NCBI GenBank assembly: GCA_963664825.1
Contig: OY761614.1
Span: 3,232,001-3,296,000 of the forward strand
DNA: 64,000 nt
Reading direction: 5' to 3'
DNA from: an uncultured Holophaga sp.
GTDB taxonomy: Bacteria > Acidobacteriota > Holophagae > Holophagales > Holophagaceae
The number at the start of each line of letters is the position of its first letter. The stretch's first letter is position 1. The notes beneath the pieces are model-generated. The model did no database searches. It saw nothing but the letters and a program-made list of their open reading frames with translations, and was not told the origin of the DNA. Below, piece by piece: positions 39,573 through 48,791 of the stretch. The translations under genes and the position numbers were made by a program.

Positions 39573-40446
39573 GCGCTCCGCCGGGCCCGTAGAAGACCTC
39601 CACGGGCAGGTCCGGAAGGGTGCGAGCGATCCGCGCCGCGAGAGCATCCAGTGCTTGGGCTCCCAGGGGCCTAGCCTCGGCCTCCGGGGTCGGCCGCGCC
39701 ACGGTGTAGAGCTGGAGGCCCTGGATCTGGGCCCCTGATTCTCGAAGGGCCTGGAGGCAGGCCTCGTAGGCCTCCAGTTCGCCCTCGGAAGGGGCCTGGC
39801 CCTTCCATTCCAGAAATAGGGTCTGGATCGTGAGGGGCCATCGCCTTCCCGCGCATTCCAGGTTCTCCAGGATGCGGGTGAAGGGTACTTGGCTGCGATT
39901 GATCTCCCGGTAGTGGGCCTCGGTGCCCGCATCGAGCTTGGCCCAGATCTCGCCACCATGGGCCATGAGGAGATCGATGCCCCGGATTACCCCGGGGGCC
40001 TGAAGCCGTGTGGAATCCGTGATGAGCACCAGCTTGACATCCTTCAGCCCCCGGGAGGTCTTGAGGCGCACCAGCCGTTCCACGGCTTCGGGGAATTCCT
40101 TGGCCAGGGTGGGCTCGCCATCACCGCTGAAGGCGATGTCATTGAGACGCCGCTGTTCGGGGCGGGCCGAATCGAAGGGCGCTGTCTCAAAGATCTCTCC
40201 AGAGATCGCCAGGTCCAGCAGGGCCGCCATCTCGCCTTCGAGCTGGTCCAGGTCCAGGTCCCTGCGCCGGGCGGGGTTCACCCGGTCCACCTCGCAGTAG
40301 ACACAATTGAAATTGCAGATCTTGTCGGGGTTCAGGTTCACCCCCAGGCTCAGACCCTTGCTCCGGCGGCTGAGGACGGGGTAGCAGTAATCGAAATCCT
40401 GCCAGATGCGCCGGTGATCCAGGTGGGCCTTCACGAGTGGTTCCAT
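39565..40446 (-). CDS. Radical SAM protein (uncharacterised family)
   Basis: YPVLSRRSKGLSLGVNL, CNFNCVYC, FSGDGEPT, KLDAG. Confidence 0.85.
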   Translation of the reverse strand: MEPLVKAHLDHRRIWQDFDYCYPVLSRRSKGLSLGVNLNPDKICNFNCVYCEVDRVNPARRRDLDLDQLEGEMAALLDLAISGEIFETAPFDSARPEQRRLNDIAFSGDGEPTLAKEFPEAVERLVRLKTSRGLKDVKLVLITDSTRLQAPGVIRGIDLLMAHGGEIWAKLDAGTEAHYREINRSQVPFTRILENLECAGRRWPLTIQTLFLEWKGQAPSEGELEAYEACLQALRESGAQIQGLQLYTVARPTPEAEARPLGAQALDALAARIARTLPDLPVEVFYGPGGAHA

Positions 40447-40637
40447 GGGTCCAGGATACCGAGCCCCCAAGGCTCTCGACCAGCTTGGAAGGCCTGTTCA
40501 CCCCGGTGATCCCCCTCGGCCTGACATTCCGGGATGTTCATGCCCTTTCCGGCAAAGGGTCCCGGAGGGCATTTCAGCCTTGGATGGCGGCGGGGACTCC
40601 CCTTCCTCGCTAGAATCAGACTGCATCCGGAGATCTC

Positions 40638-42143
40638 ATGGCACAGCTTGACCGGCTCCTTTCTCACCTCGCCCCCCGGGGTGCGGTGGCCCTATGGATG
40701 GAGCCCAACCAGCCGCCCATGCTGGAATCCCCGGAGGGAGCCGCGACCCCCCTGCTGCCCACGCCGGTGCCGCCGACCCTCCTGGAACATCTCGTGAAGG
40801 AGATCCTTCCGGGGAGCCAGGCCGAGGGCCTAGCCACCCACGGGGAAGCGGGTTTCCGCCACCAAGCCGGTGACCAAACTTTTGATGTGAAGGTGACCCG
40901 GGGACCCCTGGGATTCAGTCTGCGGGCGACTCCCGCAGACCCGGCGCCGAAGGCTGGCCTGGAACTGGCTGCGGAGACGCCCGTTCCCTCCGCGACAGCC
41001 CTGCCCGTGGCCGTGACGGCCGCGGCCCGGACCCACCCTCTGGCCGAGCGACTCTTCCGCGCCCTCCTGGACCACAAGGGTTCGGATATCCATTGCAGTT
41101 CCTTCGAAGTTCCCCTCGTGCGCGTCCATGGGGATCTGGAGGACCTGGAGGACTTCCCCCCCCTGGGGCCCAAGCAGCTCCTGGACCTCATGGAGGGCAT
41201 CGCGACCCCCTTGGCCTGGCAGAGCTTTGAAACCAAGCATGACGCGGACTTCGCATACGCCTATGAATCCGGCGGTTGCCGCCTGCGGGTCAACTTCTTC
41301 ATGGATCGCATGGGGCCCGGTTTCGTCTGCCGGGTGATCCCCAACGAGATCCCCGACCCCGATCAGCTGGGCATCCCGGATCCCGTCCGGCGTTTGGCCG
41401 AACTACCCAAGGGACTGGTGCTGGTGACGGGCCCCACGGGCAGCGGCAAGTCCACGACGCTGGCGGCCATCATCGATCTGGCCAACCGCAAGCGCACCGA
41501 TCACATCCTGACCATCGAGGATCCCATCGAGTTCGTCCACCCCCGGAAGAAATGCCTGGTGAACCAGCGGGAGGTCGGCACGCACACCGAGAGCTTCAAG
41601 ACTGGGCTCCGGGCCGCCCTACGGGAGGATCCCGATATCGTTCTCGTGGGTGAGATGCGCGACCTGGAAACCATCGCCATCGCCCTGGAAACGGCCGTCA
41701 CGGGCCATCTCGTCTTCGGCACGCTCCACACCAATAGCGCCATCGGAACCATGGATCGCATCGTGGATCAGTTCCCGGCGGATCGCCAGCAGCAGATCCG
41801 CGTCATGCTGGCCGATTCCTGCAAGGCCGTCATCAGCCAGATCCTCCTGAAGAAGATCGGCGGAGGCCGCGTGGCGGCCCTGGAGACCCTCTTCATCACA
41901 CCGGCCATCTCCAATCTGATTCGCGAGGGCAAGAACTTCCAGATCCCCAGCGCCATGCAGACCGGCCGGGCCTTCGGACAGAAACTCATGAATGACGCCA
42001 TCCTGGAGCTGGTCCAGTCCAAGATCGTCGAGCCCCAGGAAGCCTACATGAAGTGTCCAGACAAGGAGACTTTCATGGCCGCCCTCAAACGCGCCGATAT
42101 CGACTGGGATCCCCGCGGTCAGGACAGACCCATGGCGCTGTAG
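40638..42143 (+). CDS. pilT: Type IV pilus retraction ATPase with an N-terminal extension
   Basis: GPTGSGKST, TIEDPIE, ALREDPD, GEMRD, TGHLVFGTLH, AISNLIRE. Confidence 0.9.
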   Translation: MAQLDRLLSHLAPRGAVALWMEPNQPPMLESPEGAATPLLPTPVPPTLLEHLVKEILPGSQAEGLATHGEAGFRHQAGDQTFDVKVTRGPLGFSLRATPADPAPKAGLELAAETPVPSATALPVAVTAAARTHPLAERLFRALLDHKGSDIHCSSFEVPLVRVHGDLEDLEDFPPLGPKQLLDLMEGIATPLAWQSFETKHDADFAYAYESGGCRLRVNFFMDRMGPGFVCRVIPNEIPDPDQLGIPDPVRRLAELPKGLVLVTGPTGSGKSTTLAAIIDLANRKRTDHILTIEDPIEFVHPRKKCLVNQREVGTHTESFKTGLRAALREDPDIVLVGEMRDLETIAIALETAVTGHLVFGTLHTNSAIGTMDRIVDQFPADRQQQIRVMLADSCKAVISQILLKKIGGGRVAALETLFITPAISNLIREGKNFQIPSAMQTGRAFGQKLMNDAILELVQSKIVEPQEAYMKCPDKETFMAALKRADIDWDPRGQDRPMAL

Positions 42144-42169
42144 GGCAGGACACCGAAAGGTGCGTCTTT

Positions 42170-43165
42170 CTAGGTGCTGCGCTCCAGCAGGAGCTCGGGG
42201 ATATCCTGCAGGAGCTTCTGGAACTTCCGATCACCGGGAAGGCTGGCGATGGCTTCGGAGGCGGCAAGGCTGGCCTTGCGGGCGAGCTGCCGGGTTTCCG
42301 AGAGGGCGTCATGGCGGGCGATGAGCGCCTTGAGCTGGATTTCTTCGGCCTGGGGGATGGGCACTTCCTCGCCGCGGTCCCAGATGGTGCGGATGAGCGG
42401 CCGGACCTCGTCCGGTGAGCGTTCCATCAGGGTCAGCATCGGCAGGGTCAGTTTTCCTTCCCGCAGATCGGAGAAGGCGGGCTTTCCGAGCTGTTCGCTG
42501 GTGGCGGTGAAATCCAGCAGATCATCGGTGAGCTGGAAGGCCCGGCCGATGCCCAGGCCAAAGTTCCGCAGCGCAAGGCACTGGGAGGCTTCGCGGCCGG
42601 TCAAGACACCGGCCGTTTCGGTGCATCCGCCGAAGAGCAGGGCCGTCTTCCGCTCCTGGATATCGAAGTAGTCCTTGCGGGAGGTATCGAGCTTGAAGAG
42701 CACATCGTTCTGGATCAATTCCCCTTCGGTCATCCGGGTCGTGACCTCGGCCAGGATCTCCATCAGGCGCCAGTTCCGCCCCTGGATGGCGCTGGTCATG
42801 GCCTGCATGTAGAGGAGATCCCCGAAGAGCACCGTGAGCGTGTTGCCCCAGAGCCGATTGAGGGTGGGTTTGGCTCGGCGCAGTTGGGCGTGATCGATGA
42901 CATCGTCGTGGATGAGGGTGGCGGTGTGGATCAGTTCGAAGACCGCGCCGAAGCGCACATCGTCGTCGCCCTCGTAGCCCATGAATTTGGAGGCGAGGAG
43001 CACCAGCGCGGGCCGGAGGCGCTTCCCCTGCCCGCCCCTCACATGGGCCGCCAGCTTTTCCACCACCGGGACATCACCCTGGAGGAGGCTCTGGAGCTCC
43101 CGCTCCACCCGCGAGAGCTTGCCGGCGATGGGCGCGAAGTAGCCGAGGAGATCCAGCCGCGACAA
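42170..43165 (-). CDS. Polyprenyl diphosphate synthase (IspB-like)
   Basis: GKRLRP, HDDVID..RR (first Asp-rich motif), KTA, FQLTDDLLD (second), GKP...DLREGK. Confidence 0.92.
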   Translation of the reverse strand: MSRLDLLGYFAPIAGKLSRVERELQSLLQGDVPVVEKLAAHVRGGQGKRLRPALVLLASKFMGYEGDDDVRFGAVFELIHTATLIHDDVIDHAQLRRAKPTLNRLWGNTLTVLFGDLLYMQAMTSAIQGRNWRLMEILAEVTTRMTEGELIQNDVLFKLDTSRKDYFDIQERKTALLFGGCTETAGVLTGREASQCLALRNFGLGIGRAFQLTDDLLDFTATSEQLGKPAFSDLREGKLTLPMLTLMERSPDEVRPLIRTIWDRGEEVPIPQAEEIQLKALIARHDALSETRQLARKASLAASEAIASLPGDRKFQKLLQDIPELLLERST

Positions 43166-43169
43166 GGGC

Positions 43170-43667
43170 CTAGCTCCGGAAATTCGTGAACTGCAGTTCC
43201 AGCCCCTGGTCGTTCTTCTTGAGCAGGGCCATGGCTTCCTGGAGATCGTCCTTGTTCTTGCCGGAAACCCGAAGCTGATCGCCTTGGATGGCCGCCTGCA
43301 CCTTCAGTTTGGCGTCCTTGAGCACCTTGACGAGGCCCTTGGCCTTCTCGGCGGGAATGCCCTGGAGGAGCTTGATCTCCTGGCGGACGGTGGCCTTGGT
43401 GGCGCCTTCGACCTTGCCGTATTCCAGGTTCTTGATGCTCACGCCGCGCTTGAAGAGCTTGGACTGGAGCACATCGATGACGGCCTTGAGCTTGATCTCG
43501 TCGTCGCTCTTAAGATGGAGCACAGCGTCATCCTTGAGCTCGATATCGGAGATGGAGCCCTTGAAATCGTAGCGCTGGGTGATCTCCTTCATGGCCTGCG
43601 CCAGGGCATTCTTCACCTCGGCGATGTCGACCTTGGACACCACATCGAACGAACAATCACTGGCCAT
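43170..43667 (-). CDS. yajQ: YajQ family nucleotide/c-di-GMP-binding protein
   Basis: [34 protein letters not shown]. Confidence 0.94.
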   Translation of the reverse strand: MASDCSFDVVSKVDIAEVKNALAQAMKEITQRYDFKGSISDIELKDDAVLHLKSDDEIKLKAVIDVLQSKLFKRGVSIKNLEYGKVEGATKATVRQEIKLLQGIPAEKAKGLVKVLKDAKLKVQAAIQGDQLRVSGKNKDDLQEAMALLKKNDQGLELQFTNFRS

Positions 43668-43714
43668 CGGTCCCTCCAAGTCAATACTCTAGCGCATCGG
43701 CGGTGGCCGATGAT

Positions 43715-44326
43715 TCAGTTCGAAGACTCGAGCCGTTTCCGGAAGGCCTCCCAACCTTCCCAGAGCCCCAGCCGGTAGAGGATGGCCAGGACCAGCGCGT
43801 GGTGGACCTCGCCACTATGGAGCTTCTCCTGCCATTCCCGCCAGGGCACGGCCCAGACTCTCAGTTCTTCCGAAGGATCCAGATCGAGATCAGCCACCGA
43901 GCGGCAATCCAGGGCCAGGAAGAAATGGCAGCGGTTGTCCTGGACGGCGGGGTTGGGTGTGCTCCAGCCCAGGGAGACCCAGTGCTCGCTGCGGTGCCCG
44001 GTCTCTTCCAGGAGTTCCCGGCGCGCGGCACCTGCGGGGTCCTCGCCGGGGTCGCAGACGCCTCCGATGGATTCCAGGGTGGAGGCGTCGATGCCATGGC
44101 GGAACTGCTCGACCACCAGCAGCTCGAGCCCCTCCGTGAAGGCGATGACATTGACCCAGTCCGGGCATTCGAGGCGGGTGAAGTCGTGGGTCCTCCCCGT
44201 ATGGGGCGAACGCCGCACCACGCCAATCTGGCGGAAGAGGCGCGTCTCGCCGCGGATGACGGCCGTCTCCCCTTCCCAGGCCCGGGAAGGATCGAAGTGG
44301 GGCGAATGCTGGGCCAGGAGGCGCAC
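43715..44326 (-). CDS. NUDIX hydrolase (ADP-ribose pyrophosphatase-like)
   Basis: Nudix box GGVCDPGEDPAGAARRELLEETG; DWVN, EQFRHG. Confidence 0.88.
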   Translation of the reverse strand: MRLLAQHSPHFDPSRAWEGETAVIRGETRLFRQIGVVRRSPHTGRTHDFTRLECPDWVNVIAFTEGLELLVVEQFRHGIDASTLESIGGVCDPGEDPAGAARRELLEETGHRSEHWVSLGWSTPNPAVQDNRCHFFLALDCRSVADLDLDPSEELRVWAVPWREWQEKLHSGEVHHALVLAILYRLGLWEGWEAFRKRLESSN

Positions 44327-44332
44327 GAGGTT

Positions 44333-44980
44333 CTACGCCTCCCGGAGCGGGTAATGGAAGAGGCTGAGCGCGTGATGGGTGATCATATCCAGGGCCTTTT
44401 CGTTCTCGGCCCCCGTGGGCACGATCACATCCGCCCAGCGTTTGCTCGGCTCGACGAATTCCAGATGCATGGGCCGGACGGATTCCAGGTACTGCTCGAT
44501 CACACTATCCACGTCCCGACCGCGCTCCTTGGTATCCCGCTGGATGCGCCGGAGGATCCGGATATCGGCGTCGGTATCCACGAAGATCTTCACATCCAGC
44601 TGCTCCCGCAGTTCGGGCAGGGCGAAGAGGAGGAGGCCCTCCAGGATCACCACCTGGGCCGGCGGCATTGGTTCCTCCCAGCCCACCCGGTCGGAGACGT
44701 TGAAATCGTAGATGGGTTTGCGGATGGCCTGCCCCTTGCGCAGCTTGGCGAGATGGGTGGCCATGAGCTCCAGATCGAAGGCATGGGGGTGATCCCAGTT
44801 GATGGCCCGACCATCGAAGCGGTGCTTCACCACCTCCAGGGGTGCGTAGTAGGCGTCCATGTCCAGGAGCAGGACACTCACACCATCCAATTGCAGGCGA
44901 CGGATGAGTTCCTGGGCAATGGAGGTCTTGCCGCTCCCGGAACCCCCCACGATCCCCATCAGCCAGCTTCGTTCAGGCAT
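44333..44980 (-). CDS. udk: Uridine kinase
   Basis: GGSGSGKT, NWDHP.AFD, RRIQRD..ERGR, FVEPSKRWAD. Confidence 0.93.
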   Translation of the reverse strand: MPERSWLMGIVGGSGSGKTSIAQELIRRLQLDGVSVLLLDMDAYYAPLEVVKHRFDGRAINWDHPHAFDLELMATHLAKLRKGQAIRKPIYDFNVSDRVGWEEPMPPAQVVILEGLLLFALPELREQLDVKIFVDTDADIRILRRIQRDTKERGRDVDSVIEQYLESVRPMHLEFVEPSKRWADVIVPTGAENEKALDMITHHALSLFHYPLREA

Positions 44981-45056
44981 CGAGCCCCCCTTCCCTCTAT
45001 CCTAACCCGCCCGGTGGCCCTTCATCCCGAGGGTGGATGGTGTTATCGTTCCGCAT

Positions 45057-45680
45057 ATGCTTCGCCCATACGTCCTTGCCCCGGCCGTTCTCATGCTCCT
45101 CGCGGTCTCCTGTGAATCAGAGGACCCCCGCCTGCCCCAGAATCTGTTGGACGAGGCGCAGCGACTAAGCCGGGACGGCAAGACCCTCGAAGCCAAGAGC
45201 ATGCTGGAGCGCATCGTTCAGCGCTACCCGGATACCCCCATGGGGAAGCAGGCCTACAACGACCTCTTCATCATCCAGAGCGCCCTCAAGCAGGAGATGC
45301 AGGAGAAACAGCGCCTGGTGCGGGCTTCCCTGCGGAGGGTCGTGGACGCCCTCACCCGCTACAAGACCAAGCACGGCGAATACCCCTGGACCCTCCAGGC
45401 CCTGGTGCCCGATTACCTGGACCTGGTGCCCGAGACCCCCTGGGGCCATCCGTTCCTGTACCGCCCCTTCGTGCCCAACCCCATCGAAGAACTCCGGGAC
45501 AAGCGCGGCCATATCACCCAGCGCATCAACACGCACTATGAGAGCTACCATCTGGCCTGTCTGGGCACGGATCTCCAGCCCGGTGGCGAGGATCTAGCCC
45601 AGGACACCCTGGTCATCGATGGCGACTTCATCAAGGAGAAGGTCTTCCCGCCCATCCCCATGCCCCAACCGGTGAGATGA
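45057..45680 (+). CDS. Lipoprotein with TPR-like helices and a GspG-like C-terminal domain
   Basis: Lipobox AVSC; LERIVQRYPDT; ALTRYK...GEYP.TLQALVPDYL..VPETPWG.PF.Y...LG.D.QPGG. Confidence 0.7.
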   Translation: MLRPYVLAPAVLMLLAVSCESEDPRLPQNLLDEAQRLSRDGKTLEAKSMLERIVQRYPDTPMGKQAYNDLFIIQSALKQEMQEKQRLVRASLRRVVDALTRYKTKHGEYPWTLQALVPDYLDLVPETPWGHPFLYRPFVPNPIEELRDKRGHITQRINTHYESYHLACLGTDLQPGGEDLAQDTLVIDGDFIKEKVFPPIPMPQPVR

Positions 45681-45686
45681 TCTGTC

Positions 45687-45730
45687 CTGAATGAAGAAGC
45701 GGCCCATCAGTGGGCCGCTTCTTCGTTCAG
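45687..45730. terminator. Bidirectional terminator between convergent genes
   Basis: CTGAATGAAGAAGCGGCCCA-TCAG-TGGGCCGCTTCTTCGTTCAG. Confidence 0.8.
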
Positions 45731-45745
45731 GGTCCTAATTGGGGT

Positions 45746-46777
45746 TTACTTCACGCCCCAGTCCAATACCACCTTCCCGCTCTTTCCGCTGCCCATGGCC
45801 TCGAAGCCGGCCTTGAAATCCTCGATGGGGAAGCGGTGGGTGATGACCGGGCTGATATCCAGGCCACTCTGGAGCATGGCGGCCATCTTGTACCAGGTCT
45901 CGAACATCTCCCGGCCGTAGATGCCCTTGATGAAAAGGCCCTTGAAGAGGACCTTGCTCCAATCGATGGCGACATCGTCGGCGAAGATGCCGAGCATGGC
46001 GATGCGGCCGCCGTTAGACATGGCGTCGAGCATCGAACGGAAGGCCTGGGCATTGCCGCTCATCTCCAGGCCCACATCGAAGCCCTCGGTCATGCCCAAT
46101 TCGCGGGTGACGTCCTGGAGGTTTTCCTTACCCACGTTCACGGCGCGGGTGGCGCCGAGCTTGCGGGCCAGATCCAGACGGTATTCGTTCATGTCGGTGA
46201 TGACCACATTGCGGGCGCCCACATGCTTGGCGATGGCCGCCGCCATGATGCCGATGGGACCGGCGCCCGTGATGAGCACATCCTCGCCCACCATATTGAA
46301 GGAGAGGGCCGTGTGGGCGGCGTTACCGAAGGGATCGAAGATGGAGACCACGTCATCGGGGATCTCTGGGGGCACGGGGAAGACGTTTTCCGCCGGGATC
46401 GCCAGGTACTCGGCGAAGGCTCCCGGCCGATTTACGCCTACGCCCACGGTATTAGGGCAGAGATGACGCTTGCCGGCCCGGCAGTTGCGGCAATGGCCGC
46501 AAACGATGTGACCCTCGCCAGTGACCCGCTCGCCGCCCTTGTAGCCGGTCACGGCGCTGCCCACCTTTTCGATGACGCCCACGTATTCGTGGCCCACGTG
46601 CATGGGCACGGGGATGGTCTTCTGGCTCCAGGTATCCCAGTTCCAGATATGCATATCCGTGCCGCAGATGGCGGTCTTGTGGATGCGGATCAGCACATCG
46701 TTGGGTCCGACCTCGGGCACAGGGACATCCAGCATCACAAGGCCGGGTGCGCGTTCAGTCTTGACGAGGGCTCGCAT
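45746..46777 (-). CDS. tdh: L-threonine 3-dehydrogenase
   Basis: ICGTD.HI, GHE, CGHCRNC Zn sites, [19 protein letters not shown]. Confidence 0.96.
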   Translation of the reverse strand: MRALVKTERAPGLVMLDVPVPEVGPNDVLIRIHKTAICGTDMHIWNWDTWSQKTIPVPMHVGHEYVGVIEKVGSAVTGYKGGERVTGEGHIVCGHCRNCRAGKRHLCPNTVGVGVNRPGAFAEYLAIPAENVFPVPPEIPDDVVSIFDPFGNAAHTALSFNMVGEDVLITGAGPIGIMAAAIAKHVGARNVVITDMNEYRLDLARKLGATRAVNVGKENLQDVTRELGMTEGFDVGLEMSGNAQAFRSMLDAMSNGGRIAMLGIFADDVAIDWSKVLFKGLFIKGIYGREMFETWYKMAAMLQSGLDISPVITHRFPIEDFKAGFEAMGSGKSGKVVLDWGVK

Positions 46778-46814
46778 GGTTCCTCCTAGAGGAGTGAATT
46801 ACGACGAAAGCATT

Positions 46815-46888
46815 TCACCACGGAGGCACGGAGGGAACAGAACAAAACTGAATGATCTTTCTCCGTGGCCTCCGTGCCTCCGTGGTGA
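46815..46888. repeat. REP-like intergenic palindrome
   Basis: 20-bp perfect IR TCACCACGGAGGCACGGAGG / CCTCCGTGCCTCCGTGGTGA around an AT-rich spacer. Confidence 0.8.
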
Positions 46889-46894
46889 TGTTCT

Positions 46895-48085
46895 TTACTT
46901 GATGACGCCCAGTTCCCGGCCCACCTTGGCAAAGGCCGCCACGGCCAGATCCAGGTCCTCCTTGGTGTGGGCCGCGGACATCTGGGTGCGGATCCTGGCC
47001 TGGCCCTTGGGCACCACCGGGAAGAAGAATCCCGTGACGTAGACGCCTTCATCCAGGAGCTTGGTGGCGAAGGTCTGGGCCAGGGGCGCATCAAAGAGCA
47101 TCACCGGCACGATGGGGTGCTCGCCGGGCTGGAGCTTGAAGCCCAGGGCCTCCATCTTGGTGCGGAAATAGCGGCCGTTTTCGTGAACGCGCTTGATGAG
47201 ATCGCCACTGGTTTCCAGGATCTCCAGCGTCTTGAGGGTGGCGGCCACGATGGAAGGGGCCACGGAATTGGAGAAGAGGTAGGGGCGGGCCTTCTGGCGC
47301 AGCCAATCGATAACCACCTTCTTGCCGGCGATGTAGCCCCCGCTGGCGCCGCCCATGGCCTTGCCGAAGGTGCCGGTGAGGATATCGATCCGGCCCATGA
47401 CGCCGCAGTGTTCATGGGTGCCGCGGCCATGTTCGCCCATGAAGCCCACGGCGTGGCTATCGTCGACCATGACCATGGCGCCGTATTTTTCGACCAGATC
47501 GCAGATCTGGGGCAGCTTGGCGATGTAGCCGTCCATGCTGAAGACGCCGTCGGTGACCACCAGCACGAAGCGGCAGGTGGAGGTGGCCTCCTTGAGTTGG
47601 GCCTCCAGATCGGCCATATCGGAATTGGCGTAGCGGAAGCGCTTGGCCTTGCAGAGGCGCACCCCATCGATGATGGAGGCGTGATTGAGGGCGTCGGAGA
47701 TGATGGCGTCCTCCTCTCCCAGCAGGGGCTCGAAGACCGCGCCATTGGCGTCGAAGCAGCTGGAGTAGAGCTGCGAATCCTCCATACCCAGGAAGGTGGC
47801 GAGCTTCTTCTCCAGTTTCTCGTGGATATCCTGCTTGCCGCAGATGAAGCGCACGGAGGCCATGCCGAAGCCATGGTCGTCCATGACGTTCTTGGCGGCC
47901 TGGATGATCTCTGGATTATTGGCCAGGCCCAGATAGTTATTGGCGCACAGGCACACGACCTTCTTGCCATTGGCCACCATGCGGGGCTGCTGGGGGGAGG
48001 TGATGGTGCGCTCGTTCTTGTAGAGGCCCTGATCCTTGAGGTTCTGGGTCTCGGTCTGGAGATGCTTCAGGAATTTAGGATTCAC
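46895..48085 (-). CDS. kbl: 2-amino-3-ketobutyrate CoA ligase (glycine C-acetyltransferase)
   Basis: [41 protein letters not shown] start with GAGGAG RBS. Confidence 0.95.
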   Translation of the reverse strand: MNPKFLKHLQTETQNLKDQGLYKNERTITSPQQPRMVANGKKVVCLCANNYLGLANNPEIIQAAKNVMDDHGFGMASVRFICGKQDIHEKLEKKLATFLGMEDSQLYSSCFDANGAVFEPLLGEEDAIISDALNHASIIDGVRLCKAKRFRYANSDMADLEAQLKEATSTCRFVLVVTDGVFSMDGYIAKLPQICDLVEKYGAMVMVDDSHAVGFMGEHGRGTHEHCGVMGRIDILTGTFGKAMGGASGGYIAGKKVVIDWLRQKARPYLFSNSVAPSIVAATLKTLEILETSGDLIKRVHENGRYFRTKMEALGFKLQPGEHPIVPVMLFDAPLAQTFATKLLDEGVYVTGFFFPVVPKGQARIRTQMSAAHTKEDLDLAVAAFAKVGRELGVIK

Positions 48086-48207
48086 GGGGCTCCTCACGGG
48101 ATGAAAGCTACAGCAGCCAGTCTAGACCCGCCCTGGCCCCCTCCCCGTGCCCTAGGTCACAACCCCCGTGGCTTCGTGGCAGGATAGGAGCGTTCCCCGG
48201 AGACCCC

Positions 48208-48753
48208 ATGCGGCGCCTGCTGATCCTTCCCGTTCTCGTGCTCACCATGGCCTGCGGATCTTCCCGCCTGAGCCGCCGCGAGGCCGAATCCGATATCAAG
48301 AAGGACTACCCCGTGCGGGTAGCCCTCCGGGTGCCCGAAATCGCCAGCGCCCTGAAAGGCAGTCCCGAACATGCGCGACTGGTGCGCATGGAAGAGCAGC
48401 TCACCAAGAAGGGCTGGTTCGCCGTGGCCCGCACCATGGAAGGGGACCGGGAGCGCTTCATGTTTAAGGTCCTGGCTCAGGCCCCCAAGGATTTCCGCAC
48501 CGGAGCCAAGGGCATGGAGATTCCAGCCGCCGAGGCCCAGTTCCTGCGAGCCACGGGCATGGAAGCCACCCGGGACGGCGCCAGGGTGACCTACCAAGTG
48601 CGGCTGACCAACCCCACGGCCTACTTCCCCCTCTTCCAGGCCATCTATAACGCGCGCATCGGCGACACCAAGGAGCGCCACGCCACCTACCGCAAGGAGG
48701 GCCGTGCCTGGATGCTCCAGGACACAGACGAGACGTTCAAGAAGGCGGAATGA
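48208..48753 (+). CDS. Hypothetical lipoprotein
   Basis: MRR + hydrophobic stretch + lipobox TMAC; GGAG RBS. Confidence 0.7.
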   Translation: MRRLLILPVLVLTMACGSSRLSRREAESDIKKDYPVRVALRVPEIASALKGSPEHARLVRMEEQLTKKGWFAVARTMEGDRERFMFKVLAQAPKDFRTGAKGMEIPAAEAQFLRATGMEATRDGARVTYQVRLTNPTAYFPLFQAIYNARIGDTKERHATYRKEGRAWMLQDTDETFKKAE

Positions 48754-48791
48754 CCCGTCGCTCCGGTATCCTAGGGCTACCGGAGCCCATC

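Noticed and set aside
40538..40575. GGCAAA-containing hairpin upstream of pilT as a c-di-GMP-I riboswitch
   Set aside because: Lacks the GNRA-capped P2 and the downstream GCAAAG/receptor elements
48086..48207. Glycine or purine riboswitch upstream of kbl or the lipoprotein-guaA run
   Set aside because: No consensus aptamer motifs seen
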